The notes below the pieces were generated by a model. It saw only the letters and a list, made by a program, of their open reading frames with translations. It was not told where the DNA came from and did no database searches. 64,000 nt of DNA from Flavobacteriales bacterium. Its GTDB lineage: Bacteria > Bacteroidota > Bacteroidia > Flavobacteriales_F > PHOS-HE28. The number at the start of each line of letters is the position of its first letter. Within the stretch, counting starts at the first letter, position 1. The stretch is taken from positions 148,634-212,633 of the forward strand of contig JBIIYP010000001.1 in assembly GCA_044346705.1 (NCBI GenBank), given 5' to 3'. The position numbers and the translations under genes are program-made. Shown here one piece after another: positions 14,614 through 25,019 of the stretch.

Positions 14614-16260
14614 ATGATCCGCACCATCCTGTTCATTTCGAGCCTTTCCATCATGGTGTGCTCGTTGCAGGGGCAGCCGTTCGCCATCGGCTCCACGAAC
14701 CTCACGTTCACCGATCCTTCACGAGGCGGGCGCTCGATCCCGTGCGAGGTGTACTACCCTGCGACCACGGCCGGGTCCAATGTTCCGGTCGCGGCCGGTG
14801 CCTTCCCGGTGCTGGCCTTCGGGCATGGCTTCGTGATGACGGTGGGCGCTTATGCGAACGTTCGGCAGGCCTACGTACCCGAAGGGTTCATCCTCGTCCT
14901 TCCCACCACCGAGGGCGGTTTCTCACCGAGCCATGGCAACTTCGGACTGGACCTGGCCTTTGCCATTGCGTCGATGCAGGCCGAGGGTGTGGCACCGGCC
15001 TCGCCCTTCTTCGGCCATGTCCTTTCAACATCGGCGGTGATGGGCCATTCCATGGGGGGCGGTGCCTCGTTCCTGGCCGCAGGTGGGGCTCCGCAGATCA
15101 CCACGGTGGTGAACTACGCCGCGGCGGAGACGAATCCTTCGGCCATTGCGGCCGCAGGCAACGCGACCATGCCAACGCTCGTGTTCTCCGGCAGCCAGGA
15201 TTGTGTGGTGCCGGCGGCGGGCAACCAGCAGGACATGTACACCGCTTCCGCCTCCACGTGCAAGGCGTTCGTGAGCATTACAGGTGCCGGCCATTGCCAG
15301 TTCGCGAACAGCAACTTCAACTGTACGTTCGGTGAAACGACCTGTGGAGGTGCCGGTGGTCTTAGCCGGGCTCAGCAGCAGGACGCTGCACAGGACCTCA
15401 CGCTGCTCTGGCTGAAGCGTTACTTGAAGGATGATCTCACCGCAGGCGTCGCCTTCGCTGATTCACTGGTGCTGTCCGCTCGGATCACGTCGCAGTCGAC
15501 CTTCACGGATTGCCCGCCGATCGTGGTGCGCGTGAATGTGAAGGCGTTGCTCGATGGCCCCTACAACGAACAGACCGACCTGATGGGTGATGCCTTGCGT
15601 TCGCAGAACCTGATCCCGGCCTCCGAACCGAATACCGCTGCGGGTTTCGTGCATGTCGGCGGCGTTGTGGGGGAAGCGTTGGATCCGGCCTTGCTCACGG
15701 TCACAGGTTCCGATGCGGTGGTGGACTGGGTCTTCGTGGAAGTGCGTGATGCGGGAACGGGCGTTCAGGTGCTGACCACGGCGAACGGCCTGGTGCAGCG
15801 CGATGGCGACATCGTGGCGGCGAACGGGGCCGTGCTGACCTTCAGTGCGCCGCCGGGCAACTACCGGATCGCAGTGCGCCACCGGAACCATTTGGGCTTG
15901 ATGAGTAATGCGGCTTTCTCCTTGACCCGCGACCCCATCGCCATCGACCTGTCCGATCCGCTCACGATCGCTTACGGCACGGAGGCGCGCCGCTTGCGCG
16001 ATGGCAAAGCCCTGCTCTGGGCCGGTAACGCGCGTTTCGATGCGGAGCTGAAGTACACCGGTGCGCAGAACGACCGCGATCCCATGTTGCAGGTGATCGG
16101 CGGCATCGTGCCCACGCTCACGGTCACCGGTTATTTCACGGAGGATGTGAACCTGGACGGGGTGGTGAAGTACGCCGGCGCGGTGAACGATCGCGATCGC
16201 CTGCTGCATTCCATCGGCGGTGTGGATCCCGTGGTGGTGCGGCAGGAGCAGCTTCCGTAA
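14614..16260 (+). CDS. Secreted alpha/beta hydrolase (esterase/lipase-like, GHSMGG nucleophile elbow) with about 250-aa C-terminal module ending EQLP
   Basis: Signal peptide; GHSMGG motif; C-terminal module shared with ORF 44158-46755. Confidence 0.7.
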   Translation: MIRTILFISSLSIMVCSLQGQPFAIGSTNLTFTDPSRGGRSIPCEVYYPATTAGSNVPVAAGAFPVLAFGHGFVMTVGAYANVRQAYVPEGFILVLPTTEGGFSPSHGNFGLDLAFAIASMQAEGVAPASPFFGHVLSTSAVMGHSMGGGASFLAAGGAPQITTVVNYAAAETNPSAIAAAGNATMPTLVFSGSQDCVVPAAGNQQDMYTASASTCKAFVSITGAGHCQFANSNFNCTFGETTCGGAGGLSRAQQQDAAQDLTLLWLKRYLKDDLTAGVAFADSLVLSARITSQSTFTDCPPIVVRVNVKALLDGPYNEQTDLMGDALRSQNLIPASEPNTAAGFVHVGGVVGEALDPALLTVTGSDAVVDWVFVEVRDAGTGVQVLTTANGLVQRDGDIVAANGAVLTFSAPPGNYRIAVRHRNHLGLMSNAAFSLTRDPIAIDLSDPLTIAYGTEARRLRDGKALLWAGNARFDAELKYTGAQNDRDPMLQVIGGIVPTLTVTGYFTEDVNLDGVVKYAGAVNDRDRLLHSIGGVDPVVVRQEQLP

Positions 16261-16266
16261 GCAGGT

Positions 16267-17754
16267 TCACATCGGCGACTCCGAACCCGGGACGGGCTCC
16301 CTGCCCAGCGCGCGTCCGGTATCGAGCATCAGCTGCCAGGCCTGTGTGCGGTCGTTCTCGATCTGGCCATCCAGGATCGCGTCCTTGATCACCGTCTTGA
16401 TGTCGCCGATGAGCTTGCAGGGCGGCACGCCGAAGGCGCGCATCACGTCCTCTCCGGTGATCGGTGGCTGGAAGTTGCGCACGCGGTCCTTCTCCTCGAC
16501 CTCGCGCAGCTTCTGCATCACGACTTCGTAGTTCTGCAGGTAGCGCTCCTTCTTCTTCTCGTTCTTGCTGGTGATGTCCGCGCGGCACAGGATCATCAGC
16601 GCGTCAATGTCGTCGCCCGCGTCGAAGAGCAGTCGGCGCACGGCGCTGTCGGTCACGATCTCCTTGGTGAGTGCGATGGGGCGGAGGTGCAGGGCCACGA
16701 GGTTCTGCACGAAGCGCATCTTCTCATCCAGCGGCAGCTTCAGGCGGCGGAAGATGGTGGGCACCATGCGCGCGCCCTTGTCCTCGTGCCCGTGGAAGGT
16801 CCAGCCGTGGCCGGGTTCGAAGCGCTTGGTCTTCGGCTTCGCGATGTCGTGCAGGATGGCGGCCCAGCGCAGCCACAGGTCGTCGCTCTGCTCGCACACG
16901 TTGTCCAGCACCTGCAGCGTGTGGTGGAAGTTGTCCTTGTGGCCGATGCCGAACTTCTCCTCGGCCCCGGAAAGCTCCACGAACTCAGGGAAGAACTCCT
17001 GCAGGAGCCCGGTGTCGCGCAGCAGGTTGAAGCCGATGCTGGGCTTCTTCGTCCCGATGATCTTGTTGAGCTCGGTGTGGATGCGCTCGGCGCTGATGAT
17101 CTCCAGGCGCGTGGCGTTGCGCTTGATGGCCTCGAAGGTGGGCGGATCGATCACGAAGCCGAGCTGGTTCGCGAAGCGCACGGCGCGCAACATGCGCAGC
17201 GGATCGTCGCTGAAGGTGATGTCCGGATCGAGCGGTGTGCGCAGGATGCCGCGGTCCAGGTCGAGGATGCCGCCGAAGGGATCCACCAGCGCCCCGAGGC
17301 TTCCGGCGTTGAGCGAGATGGCCAGCGCATTTATGGTGAAGTCGCGCCGCTCCTGGTCGTCCTTGATGCTGCCGGGCTCCACTTCGGGCTTTCGGCTGTT
17401 GCGGCTGTAGCTCTCCTTGCGGGCACCGACGAATTCAACTTGCCATTGTCCCCCCGAGCCCGTCGAGGGGTCGCCGAACATGAACATCGCCGTGCCGAAG
17501 TTCTTGAAGATGTTCACGTGCCCCGCGCCGAGCCGTGCCGAGACACCTTCCGCGAACGCGATGCCGTCGCCTTCCACCACGAAGTCGATGTCCTTGCAGG
17601 GCCGCCCGATCAGCCGGTCGCGCACGTAGCCGCCGATCGCGAAGGCGGGAATGCCCTGCTTCGCCGCTTCCGCCGCCACCGCCGCGAACAACGGCTCGCC
17701 CACCACGCCCTGAAGGCGGTCGGGGTCGACGGTGTAGCTGGTGGTGCGGGACAT
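16267..17754 (-). CDS. cca: CCA tRNA nucleotidyltransferase / polyA polymerase family with HD domain
   Basis: [30 protein letters not shown] motifs; HD domain HDIAK. Confidence 0.85.
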   Translation of the reverse strand: MSRTTSYTVDPDRLQGVVGEPLFAAVAAEAAKQGIPAFAIGGYVRDRLIGRPCKDIDFVVEGDGIAFAEGVSARLGAGHVNIFKNFGTAMFMFGDPSTGSGGQWQVEFVGARKESYSRNSRKPEVEPGSIKDDQERRDFTINALAISLNAGSLGALVDPFGGILDLDRGILRTPLDPDITFSDDPLRMLRAVRFANQLGFVIDPPTFEAIKRNATRLEIISAERIHTELNKIIGTKKPSIGFNLLRDTGLLQEFFPEFVELSGAEEKFGIGHKDNFHHTLQVLDNVCEQSDDLWLRWAAILHDIAKPKTKRFEPGHGWTFHGHEDKGARMVPTIFRRLKLPLDEKMRFVQNLVALHLRPIALTKEIVTDSAVRRLLFDAGDDIDALMILCRADITSKNEKKKERYLQNYEVVMQKLREVEEKDRVRNFQPPITGEDVMRAFGVPPCKLIGDIKTVIKDAILDGQIENDRTQAWQLMLDTGRALGREPVPGSESPM

Positions 17755-17947
17755 GGCGATCAGACAATAAGATGATCAGATGATCAGATAATGGAATGCC
17801 TCCTTGATGGTAAGTGGGCGGCAAAAGTAGGCCGGGGCTCAGGAAGCCACGCACGCAGCCTCTATTCCGAATATTGGCGCGAGCGTCCACGATCATGTCT
17901 TTCATGACCGAATGTGACCGAGAGCGGCACGAGCGTGGACGCTCGCG

Positions 17948-18850
17948 CTATTGGGGGGCGGACAGCTTTTCGAAGATCTCTATTCGCTGGGACATCTCGA
18001 GGTCGTCAGCGTGAAGCGTTCGGTGCATGGATACGAAGGTCGGTAGGGATCGGTCAGGATCGAAGCACAAGGTCATCTGTTCATTGCCATGTATGGTGCC
18101 CCCCTTGAGGCTGTCCATCTGGTCCCATTCGCCCATTAGATCGCTCAGAAAGGCGTCCATGTCCACCATGCCATATTCACCCCAGCCAACCCATCCGACG
18201 GCATCGTTTCCACAGATCGGTGGATCATCCAAGCGGACGTGGTAGGGCATCATTCCTTGCTCGGAATAAGGCTGGAGAGAGGTCAGTTCGAGCGTATCAC
18301 TGTCGGTCAAGCTCATTCCGAAGGTCCGGTGGAGCAGTTCAGCATCGCGTAGCAACGAGGTGACCATCCACGCGCTATCTCGAATTCCGCTTGAGTTGAT
18401 CTTCGCTCGTTCGGCGGCTGTCAGGTCCACAAGATCCATGTAGTGCTCGATCATTGGGTCGACATGGGCCTTCACCTCGGGGTAGTTGAGCATACGAATG
18501 ATGGAGCCGGTGCTGTCGCATTGATAGACCAGTCGGTACATGGCGAGCCATTCCTGCTCGCCGAGAGGATCGCTCACATCCTCTGCACTACGGTCAACAA
18601 GATGGAGTTCGAACCATTCGATCGTCGCTCCGCCCGCAGTGTCGAGTATGGTGAACCGGATCGTTTTGTCAACGAACTTGGTCTGCTTGTCGCCATCGGC
18701 GTCATGTGCGCTATCAGTCTGTTGAATGCGGTACCAGATCGTATCGCCGGGTGACCAATTTCGCGTATCAAAGCTGATCTCGCGAGGTTGTCGCGAGCAT
18801 CCGATCAGCGAGACAAGGATGAGAAGGAGAAGAGTTCGGATCGCCTTCAT
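17948..18850 (-). CDS. Hypothetical lipoprotein
   Basis: MKAIRTLLLLILVSLIGCS lipoprotein signal; no recognised domain. Confidence 0.5.
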   Translation of the reverse strand: MKAIRTLLLLILVSLIGCSRQPREISFDTRNWSPGDTIWYRIQQTDSAHDADGDKQTKFVDKTIRFTILDTAGGATIEWFELHLVDRSAEDVSDPLGEQEWLAMYRLVYQCDSTGSIIRMLNYPEVKAHVDPMIEHYMDLVDLTAAERAKINSSGIRDSAWMVTSLLRDAELLHRTFGMSLTDSDTLELTSLQPYSEQGMMPYHVRLDDPPICGNDAVGWVGWGEYGMVDMDAFLSDLMGEWDQMDSLKGGTIHGNEQMTLCFDPDRSLPTFVSMHRTLHADDLEMSQRIEIFEKLSAPQ

Positions 18851-18862
18851 GCACATTGCGCG

Positions 18863-19885
18863 TTACAGATCTGGGAACGCTTTTTTTTGAGTCACTTCGA
18901 TCCCCAACGCACACCGGAAATGCCCTTTCGGACAGGCCTTGTGCCCGTGCAAACCACAGGGCCGGCAATCCAGCTTCTCGGTGGTCTCCACGATGCGGCC
19001 GTTCGCGCGCAGCGGACCGAAGCCGAAGGCGGGCACGGTGCTACAGAACACCGCCGTGACCGGTGCGTTCATGGCGCTGGCGATGTGGAGCGGGGCGCTG
19101 TCGTTCACGTAGTTCATGGCGGCGCCTTCCATCAGGGCAGCACTGGCGAGCAGGGAGAGTTCTTCAGAGAGGTCGTGACCTCGGCCAGCCGCCTTGATGA
19201 TCCGTTGGCAAAGCGGTCCGTCGCTCGGTGCACCGATCAGGAACACGTGCAGGTCCTGCGGCAGGGCCTTGATCAGCTCGATCCACTTCGCCTCGGGCCA
19301 TTGCTTGGTGAACCACACCGAGGCGGGCGCGATGCACACGTATCGGCCTTCGCCCTCGGTGAACTGGAAACGCAGCCTTTCCGCATCGGCGCGGGCTTCG
19401 GGTGTCGGGTAGAGGCGGGGCATTGGCTTGGTGCCATCCGTGAGGTGCGCGATCAGCGCGTTCAGCCTATCCATCTCGTGAACGGTGGCCCTGAGCGGAG
19501 TCGAAGGGTCGCCGATCACATGCTTCACACTTCGGGTGAACCCGATGCTCAACGGGTTCTTGTCGTAGCCGATCTTCTCCTTGCCCCGCGCCATCACGGT
19601 CATCAGACCGGTACTGAAAAAGCGCTGGCAGTTGATGATGTGATCGTACTCGGTCTTCCGTAGGTCGCTGATGAGTGCGAAGAGGTTCCTGTTCTTGTTC
19701 TGGCGCTTGTCCCACACGAAGAGCTTCCGCAGGAACGGATGCTGCTGGAAGAGCCCGTCGTTCCCCTTGCGCACCACCAGGTCGATGGCGGCATCCGGAT
19801 ACCAGGCGTGCAGCTTCTCCAGCAGTCCCGTGGCCAGCACGGCATCGCCGAGGAAGGCGGTCTGGATGACGAGGAACCGCTTCAT
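18863..19885 (-). CDS. Glycosyltransferase family 9 (LPS heptosyltransferase-like)
   Basis: MKRFLVIQTAFLGDAVLATGLLEKL N-terminus and GT9 C-terminal features; start at internal ATG 19885, 4-nt overlap with upstream gene. Confidence 0.75.
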   Translation of the reverse strand: MKRFLVIQTAFLGDAVLATGLLEKLHAWYPDAAIDLVVRKGNDGLFQQHPFLRKLFVWDKRQNKNRNLFALISDLRKTEYDHIINCQRFFSTGLMTVMARGKEKIGYDKNPLSIGFTRSVKHVIGDPSTPLRATVHEMDRLNALIAHLTDGTKPMPRLYPTPEARADAERLRFQFTEGEGRYVCIAPASVWFTKQWPEAKWIELIKALPQDLHVFLIGAPSDGPLCQRIIKAAGRGHDLSEELSLLASAALMEGAAMNYVNDSAPLHIASAMNAPVTAVFCSTVPAFGFGPLRANGRIVETTEKLDCRPCGLHGHKACPKGHFRCALGIEVTQKKAFPDL

Positions 19886-21162
19886 TCCTCGAGGAGCGTG
19901 ATGAGCACCTTGTCGATGCGGTTGCCGTCCATGTCCATCACCTCGCCACGGAAGTGCTCGTCCGCGATGCGGTCGCCCACGGCGGGGATTCGGTCGAGCC
20001 TGCTGAGGAAGTAGCCGCCCACGGTTGCGTATCCGGTGGAGTTCTCGTCCAGCACCGCGCGACCCAGGAACTGGTTGAAGTCGCCGATAAGGACCTGTCC
20101 ACCCACGAGCAGGGTGCCGTCCGCGCGCTTCACGATCTCCGGTGTGCTGTCCTCGTCCTCGTCGGGCAGGTCGCCCACGATCACCTCGGTGAGGTCGTGC
20201 AGGGTGAGGACCCCTTTGAACCCGCCGTGCTCGTCCACCACGATGGCGATGTACTGCTTGTTCTTCTTGAAGAGCTTGAGGATGTCGAAGGCCCCGGCGC
20301 TCTCGGGGACGATGATGGCGGGCTTCATCACCTTTTCGATGCGGAACCCTGGCGCGGTATACTGCTCGAGCAGGTCGCGGATGTCGAGGGTGCCCTGGAT
20401 CTCGTCGAGCGCACCCTTGCAGACGGGGTACTTGCTGCGCGTGCTCTCCTTCACCTGCATGATGAGCTGGTCCAGGGGCTTGGTGCTGTCGATCCATTCC
20501 ACCTGGTTGCGGTGGGTCATGAGCGTGCGGGCCACGTGCTCGCTGAAGCGGAAGATGTTCTGGTGGGCCTCCGATTCCTGCTTGTCCAGCACGCCCTGTA
20601 CGTTGGCCGTGCGGATGATGGCGCGCAATTCCTCCTCGCTCAGGCGGTCGCTCTGGTCCTCCTTGATGGGCAGCAGCTTCACGATCATGGCGGTGCTGAA
20701 GGAGAGCAGCTTCACGAAGGGGTACATGGCCATGGTGAAGACGCGGATGATCGGGGCGCTGAACAGGGCGATGCCCTCGGGGTTGCTCATGGCCACGCTC
20801 TTCGGCACCAGTTCACCCACCACGATGGTGAAGTAGGTGATGCCGCCGATGACCACGATGAGCGCGATGTTATGCGCGTACGGTGCGAACGTGGGCGAGC
20901 CCAGCAGCACCGCCTCCATGTCGCCGGTGAGGGCCGTGCCACCGTATGCACCGGCGATGATGCCGATGAGCGTGATGCCCACCTGCACGGCGCTGAGGAA
21001 GCCCTCGGGGTCGGCGAGCAGTTTCAGGATGGTCTTGGCCCGGCCATCGCCCTGGTCCGCCAGCGCCTGGATGCGCGAGGCCTTCACGCTCACCAGCGCG
21101 ATCTCGCTCAGCGAGAAGAAGCCATTGAGCAGGGTGAGGAGGACGATGACGAGGATCTCCAT
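19882..21162 (-). CDS. CNNM/DUF21 transmembrane - CBS pair - CorC_HlyC hemolysin-family transporter protein
   Basis: N-terminal DUF21 TM region, tandem CBS, C-terminal transporter-associated domain. Confidence 0.8.
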   Translation of the reverse strand: MEILVIVLLTLLNGFFSLSEIALVSVKASRIQALADQGDGRAKTILKLLADPEGFLSAVQVGITLIGIIAGAYGGTALTGDMEAVLLGSPTFAPYAHNIALIVVIGGITYFTIVVGELVPKSVAMSNPEGIALFSAPIIRVFTMAMYPFVKLLSFSTAMIVKLLPIKEDQSDRLSEEELRAIIRTANVQGVLDKQESEAHQNIFRFSEHVARTLMTHRNQVEWIDSTKPLDQLIMQVKESTRSKYPVCKGALDEIQGTLDIRDLLEQYTAPGFRIEKVMKPAIIVPESAGAFDILKLFKKNKQYIAIVVDEHGGFKGVLTLHDLTEVIVGDLPDEDEDSTPEIVKRADGTLLVGGQVLIGDFNQFLGRAVLDENSTGYATVGGYFLSRLDRIPAVGDRIADEHFRGEVMDMDGNRIDKVLITLLEE

Positions 21163-21165
21163 GGA

Positions 21166-22290
21166 TCAGGGGACGGTGGAATAGAAGGGTGCCAGGGTGC
21201 GGAAGAACTGCGGCCAGCCGATGTTGCCGTACGCACCGCCCAGGCGGACGATCACCAGTTCACGCGCCGGGTCGACGTAGACGAACTGGCCGAGGATGCC
21301 TTCCGCATGGAAGTCACCGTCGCTGGACGGCAACCACCATTGGTAGCGGTAGCCGCTCGCACCGCCGTTGGTGGTCACGGCCTTGGTGCTGGTCTCCACC
21401 CAGGCCTGCGGCACCAGCTGCTGCCCGCGCCATAGGCCGTTCTTCAGGTAGAGCGAGCCCAGCTTCGCGAAGTCGCGGGCCGGTGCGTTGATGCAGCAGA
21501 AGGCCTTCTCGATACCGTCGCCCTTGTGGTCGATGCTCCAGGACGAGGCGTGCTCCATGCCGAGCGGGGACCAGATGCGGTCGCTGAGGTATTGGGTCAG
21601 CGTGCGCTCATCGCCCTTGGCGCGCAAGGCCCGCTCCAGCAGCAGGCCGAGCAGTTGCGTGTCGCCGCTCACGTATTCCCACTTCGTGCCGGGCGTGTGC
21701 TTGAGCTTCAGGTCCAGCGTGTACTTGGTGAGCTGTCGGCCGTAGTAGAACTTGGCCACCGTGCCGAAGGGGTTCACGTAGCTCTCCTTGAAGTCGATGC
21801 CGCTGGTCATCTGCAGCACGTGTTCGATGGTGACCGCATCGAAGCCGTTGGCCTTCAGCTCGGGGATGAAGTCGGTGATCGGCTGTTGCACGTCGCGGAT
21901 CAAGCCATCGGCGATCGCCGTACCGATCAACATGCTCACCACGGACTTGGCCATGGAGAACGAGGGGTGCACGTGCGCTTCGTCATAGCCCTTGAAGTAG
22001 CGTTCGTACAGGATGGTGTCGCGGCGGATCACCAGGAAGGCCACGGTCTTGTGGTCCGCGAGCCAGTCGTCGAAGGGCACATCCTTGCCGTTCTCGGTCA
22101 CGTTCCGGGGACCGAGCTCCTGCGCCGCCACGGGGTAGTGGAAGGGTTGGGGCGAAGCCACGAGCGGGCGTGTCGGGAACTTCTTATAGTCCCTGCGGTC
22201 CGCGAAATTCCATTTCACGAAGCGGCCCAGTGTGCAGCCGCTGGCGAGCAGCAGCAAGAGTGCGAAGGGGAGGAATCGGGCGAGGCGCAT
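21166..22290 (-). CDS. Serine hydrolase, beta-lactamase/transpeptidase-like family, lipoprotein
   Basis: SMAKS (SxxK) motif, lipoprotein signal LLLASGC. Confidence 0.75.
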   Translation of the reverse strand: MRLARFLPFALLLLLASGCTLGRFVKWNFADRRDYKKFPTRPLVASPQPFHYPVAAQELGPRNVTENGKDVPFDDWLADHKTVAFLVIRRDTILYERYFKGYDEAHVHPSFSMAKSVVSMLIGTAIADGLIRDVQQPITDFIPELKANGFDAVTIEHVLQMTSGIDFKESYVNPFGTVAKFYYGRQLTKYTLDLKLKHTPGTKWEYVSGDTQLLGLLLERALRAKGDERTLTQYLSDRIWSPLGMEHASSWSIDHKGDGIEKAFCCINAPARDFAKLGSLYLKNGLWRGQQLVPQAWVETSTKAVTTNGGASGYRYQWWLPSSDGDFHAEGILGQFVYVDPARELVIVRLGGAYGNIGWPQFFRTLAPFYSTVP

Positions 22291-22295
22291 GGTCG

Positions 22296-23123
22296 TTACA
22301 CCGCCACGCTGTGCTCGCGCAGGGCGTCGTTGAGGCTGGTCTTCTTGTCGGTGCTCTCCTTGCGCTGGCCGATGATGAGGGCGCAGGGCACGCCATACTC
22401 GCCGGCGGGGAAGCGCTTGGGCACGGTGCCGGGGATCACCACGGAGCGCGGTGGCACATAGCCCCTCATCTCCTTCGGCTCCGGACCGGTGATGTCGATG
22501 ATGCGGGTGCTGGCGGTGAGCACCACGTTGGCGCCGAGCACGGCCTCGCGACCCACCCGCACGCCCTCCACCACGATGGCGCGCGAGCCGATGAAGCAGC
22601 CGTCCTCAATGATCACCGGCGCGGCCTGTACGGGCTCCAGCACGCCGCCGATGCCCACGCCGCCGCTCAGGTGCACACCCTTGCCGATCTGCGCGCAACT
22701 GCCCACCGTGGCCCAGGTGTCCACCATGGTGTCGCTGTCCACGTAGGCGCCGATGTTCACGTAGCTGGGCATCAGGATCACGCCGGGGGCCAGGTAGCTG
22801 CCGTGCCGCGCGATGGCATGGGGCACCACCCGCACACCCAGGCTGGCGTAGTGCCGCTTCAAGGGGATCTTGTCGTGGAACTCCAGCGGTCCCACCTCCA
22901 TGGTGTGCATCTGCTTGATGGGGAAGTACATGATCACGGCCTTCTTCACCCATTCGTTCACCTTCCACGTCTCGACTGCGCTCGACGTGACAGATAATAC
23001 CGGTTCTGCGACCCGTAGTTCGCCCTTGTCCAGCCGTGCGATGGTGTTCTCCACCACGTCAACGACCTCCGGGTAGCGGAGCATGGTGCGGTCCGCCCAG
23101 GCTTTCTCGATCAGTTCATGCAT
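22296..23123 (-). CDS. dapD: 2,3,4,5-tetrahydropyridine-2,6-dicarboxylate N-succinyltransferase
   Basis: Hexapeptide-repeat left-handed beta helix with DapD N-terminal domain. Confidence 0.85.
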   Translation of the reverse strand: MHELIEKAWADRTMLRYPEVVDVVENTIARLDKGELRVAEPVLSVTSSAVETWKVNEWVKKAVIMYFPIKQMHTMEVGPLEFHDKIPLKRHYASLGVRVVPHAIARHGSYLAPGVILMPSYVNIGAYVDSDTMVDTWATVGSCAQIGKGVHLSGGVGIGGVLEPVQAAPVIIEDGCFIGSRAIVVEGVRVGREAVLGANVVLTASTRIIDITGPEPKEMRGYVPPRSVVIPGTVPKRFPAGEYGVPCALIIGQRKESTDKKTSLNDALREHSVAV

Positions 23124-23317
23124 GCGTTGTCCCGCCGAAGCAATGAGCGAAGGCGGAAGGCAAAGGTGCTCAATGGATCAACTGGTCTGAACATTGGTTG
23201 CATGAAGAACCGGATCCTTACCGGACCTGAACAATAGGTTTGCGGCGCCGCAAAGGACCTGCAGCGACCTTTGTTCTTCATCATCTGATTTTCTGATCCT
23301 CTGATTATCCGATCGCC

Positions 23318-23740
23318 ATGCCCCGCATCCTCGCCATCGACCACGGCAGCAAGCGCACCGGACTGGCCGTCACGGACACCCTGCAGATCATCGCCAGCGC
23401 GCTGGACACGGTGCCCACGGAGGAGGCCATCGATTATGTGAAACGTTACGTGGCCAAGGAGGACGTGGAAGGCATCGTGGTCGGCATGCCTTTGAACCTG
23501 GACGGTCGGCCCACCGACGCTACGCCGGGCGTGCTCACCTTCCTGGAGCACCTGAAGCGCGCCTGCCCGAAGCAGTGGGTGGAGACACTGGACGAGCGTT
23601 TCACCAGCTCCATGGCGCAGCAGGCACTGAACCAGAGCGGCAAGGGGCGAATGGCCCGACGGGAGAAGGGGCAGCTGGACCGCATCAGCGCCACCATCCT
23701 GCTGCAGGGCTTCATGGAGCGTCGGACCGGTAGGAAATAG
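23318..23740 (+). CDS. ruvX: Holliday junction resolvase-like nuclease RuvX/YqgF
   Basis: MPRILAIDHGSKRTGLAVTD. Confidence 0.85.
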   Translation: MPRILAIDHGSKRTGLAVTDTLQIIASALDTVPTEEAIDYVKRYVAKEDVEGIVVGMPLNLDGRPTDATPGVLTFLEHLKRACPKQWVETLDERFTSSMAQQALNQSGKGRMARREKGQLDRISATILLQGFMERRTGRK

Positions 23741-23830
23741 CGGTGATCTGGCGGGCACGATCGCAGCTGCGCGGCCGGGCTGGTTATTTTTGCGCCCCCC
23801 GATCGTCGTTCCACGGGGCTCCGCTACCGC

Positions 23831-24412
23831 ATGATCCTTCCCATCCGCGCCTTTGGCGATCCCGTGCTGAAGAAAGTGGCCGCCGACATCGAACCGGGCC
23901 ACCCCGGTCTGGAGCAGCTGATCGCCGACATGTTCGAGACCATGTATGCCGCCAGTGGCGTGGGCCTCGCCGCACCGCAGATCGGGCAGAGCATCCGCCT
24001 CTTCATCGTCGACGCATCGCCCTTCGCCGAGGATGAGGAAGGGAAGCCCACCGAGGACGCGCACCTGAAGGACTTCAAGAAGGTCTTCATCAACCCCTAC
24101 ATCGTGGAGGAGGAAGGGGAGGAGTGGCCCTTCGAGGAAGGCTGCCTCAGCATCCCCAACATCCGCGAGGAGGTCTTCCGCCAGCCGAAGATCGTGCTGC
24201 AGTACCAGGACGAGCACTTCAAGGAATACGAGGAGGAGTTCGAGGGCTTCGCGGCCCGCGTGATCCAGCACGAGCACGACCACCTGGACGGCATCCTCTT
24301 CACCGACCACCTGACGCCACTGCGCCGCCGCCTGCTGCAAGGCAAGTTGCGCGACATCTCCGTTGGCAGGACCGAAGCCAAGTACAAGATGCGTTTCCAC
24401 GCCACGAAATAG
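23831..24412 (+). CDS. def: Peptide deformylase
   Basis: GVGLAAPQIG, EGCLS, HEHDHLDG motifs. Confidence 0.9.
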   Translation: MILPIRAFGDPVLKKVAADIEPGHPGLEQLIADMFETMYAASGVGLAAPQIGQSIRLFIVDASPFAEDEEGKPTEDAHLKDFKKVFINPYIVEEEGEEWPFEEGCLSIPNIREEVFRQPKIVLQYQDEHFKEYEEEFEGFAARVIQHEHDHLDGILFTDHLTPLRRRLLQGKLRDISVGRTEAKYKMRFHATK

Positions 24413-24416
24413 ACCG

Positions 24417-25007
24417 ATGATGAACCGAGCGATCCCCTTCTCCCTCTCTTGCTCCCTGTTGCTGCTGGCCGCCTGTGGTGGCGGTGCGAAGGACGGTGCC
24501 GATGCGGTCAAGGCTGCGGATACCAGCGCTGTGACGCCCACGTTCATGGCGGGTCGCATCCATGCCATGGAGGACTCCATCTTCGCGAATCAGCTGTTCG
24601 ACCGGCGCGGAGCAATGGCTCTGCTCGATGTGTACAAGGCCTACGCGAAGGCCTTCCCGCAGGATCCCCTCGCGCCCGAGTACCTGGTGCGTTCCGCTGG
24701 CATCCAGCGCAACCTGAAGGACCCCAAGGCGGCCATCGAACTGTACGATCGCGTGATCCGTGATTATCCGCAATGGAAGGACCTGGTGGTGTGCTACTAC
24801 CAGAAAGGCCTGATCTACCAGGACGACCTGAAGGACCTCGGCATGGCGAAGCAGGCCTATGAGGACGTGGCGAAGCGCTATCCGGACCACACCTTCGGCA
24901 AGGAGGCCAAGGTGATGATCGACAATCTCCAGTATTCCGACGCGGAGTTGATCGAGCGCTTCCGCAAGCAGAACGAAGCTGCGGACGCCCAGGCGGCCGG
25001 CCGGTAG
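24417..25007 (+). CDS. TPR-like lipoprotein
   Basis: MMNRAIPFSLSCSLLLLAACGGG lipobox; helical repeat composition. Confidence 0.55.
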   Translation: MMNRAIPFSLSCSLLLLAACGGGAKDGADAVKAADTSAVTPTFMAGRIHAMEDSIFANQLFDRRGAMALLDVYKAYAKAFPQDPLAPEYLVRSAGIQRNLKDPKAAIELYDRVIRDYPQWKDLVVCYYQKGLIYQDDLKDLGMAKQAYEDVAKRYPDHTFGKEAKVMIDNLQYSDAELIERFRKQNEAADAQAAGR

Positions 25008-25019
25008 TCGCGTTCGCCC

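Noticed and set aside
17760-17800. gatcagatgatcagata and ctgattttctgatcctctgattatccgatcg (23265-23300) short direct repeats upstream of genes
   Set aside because: They are short, low-complexity and not shared beyond a 6-mer. This is insufficient to call a regulatory motif.
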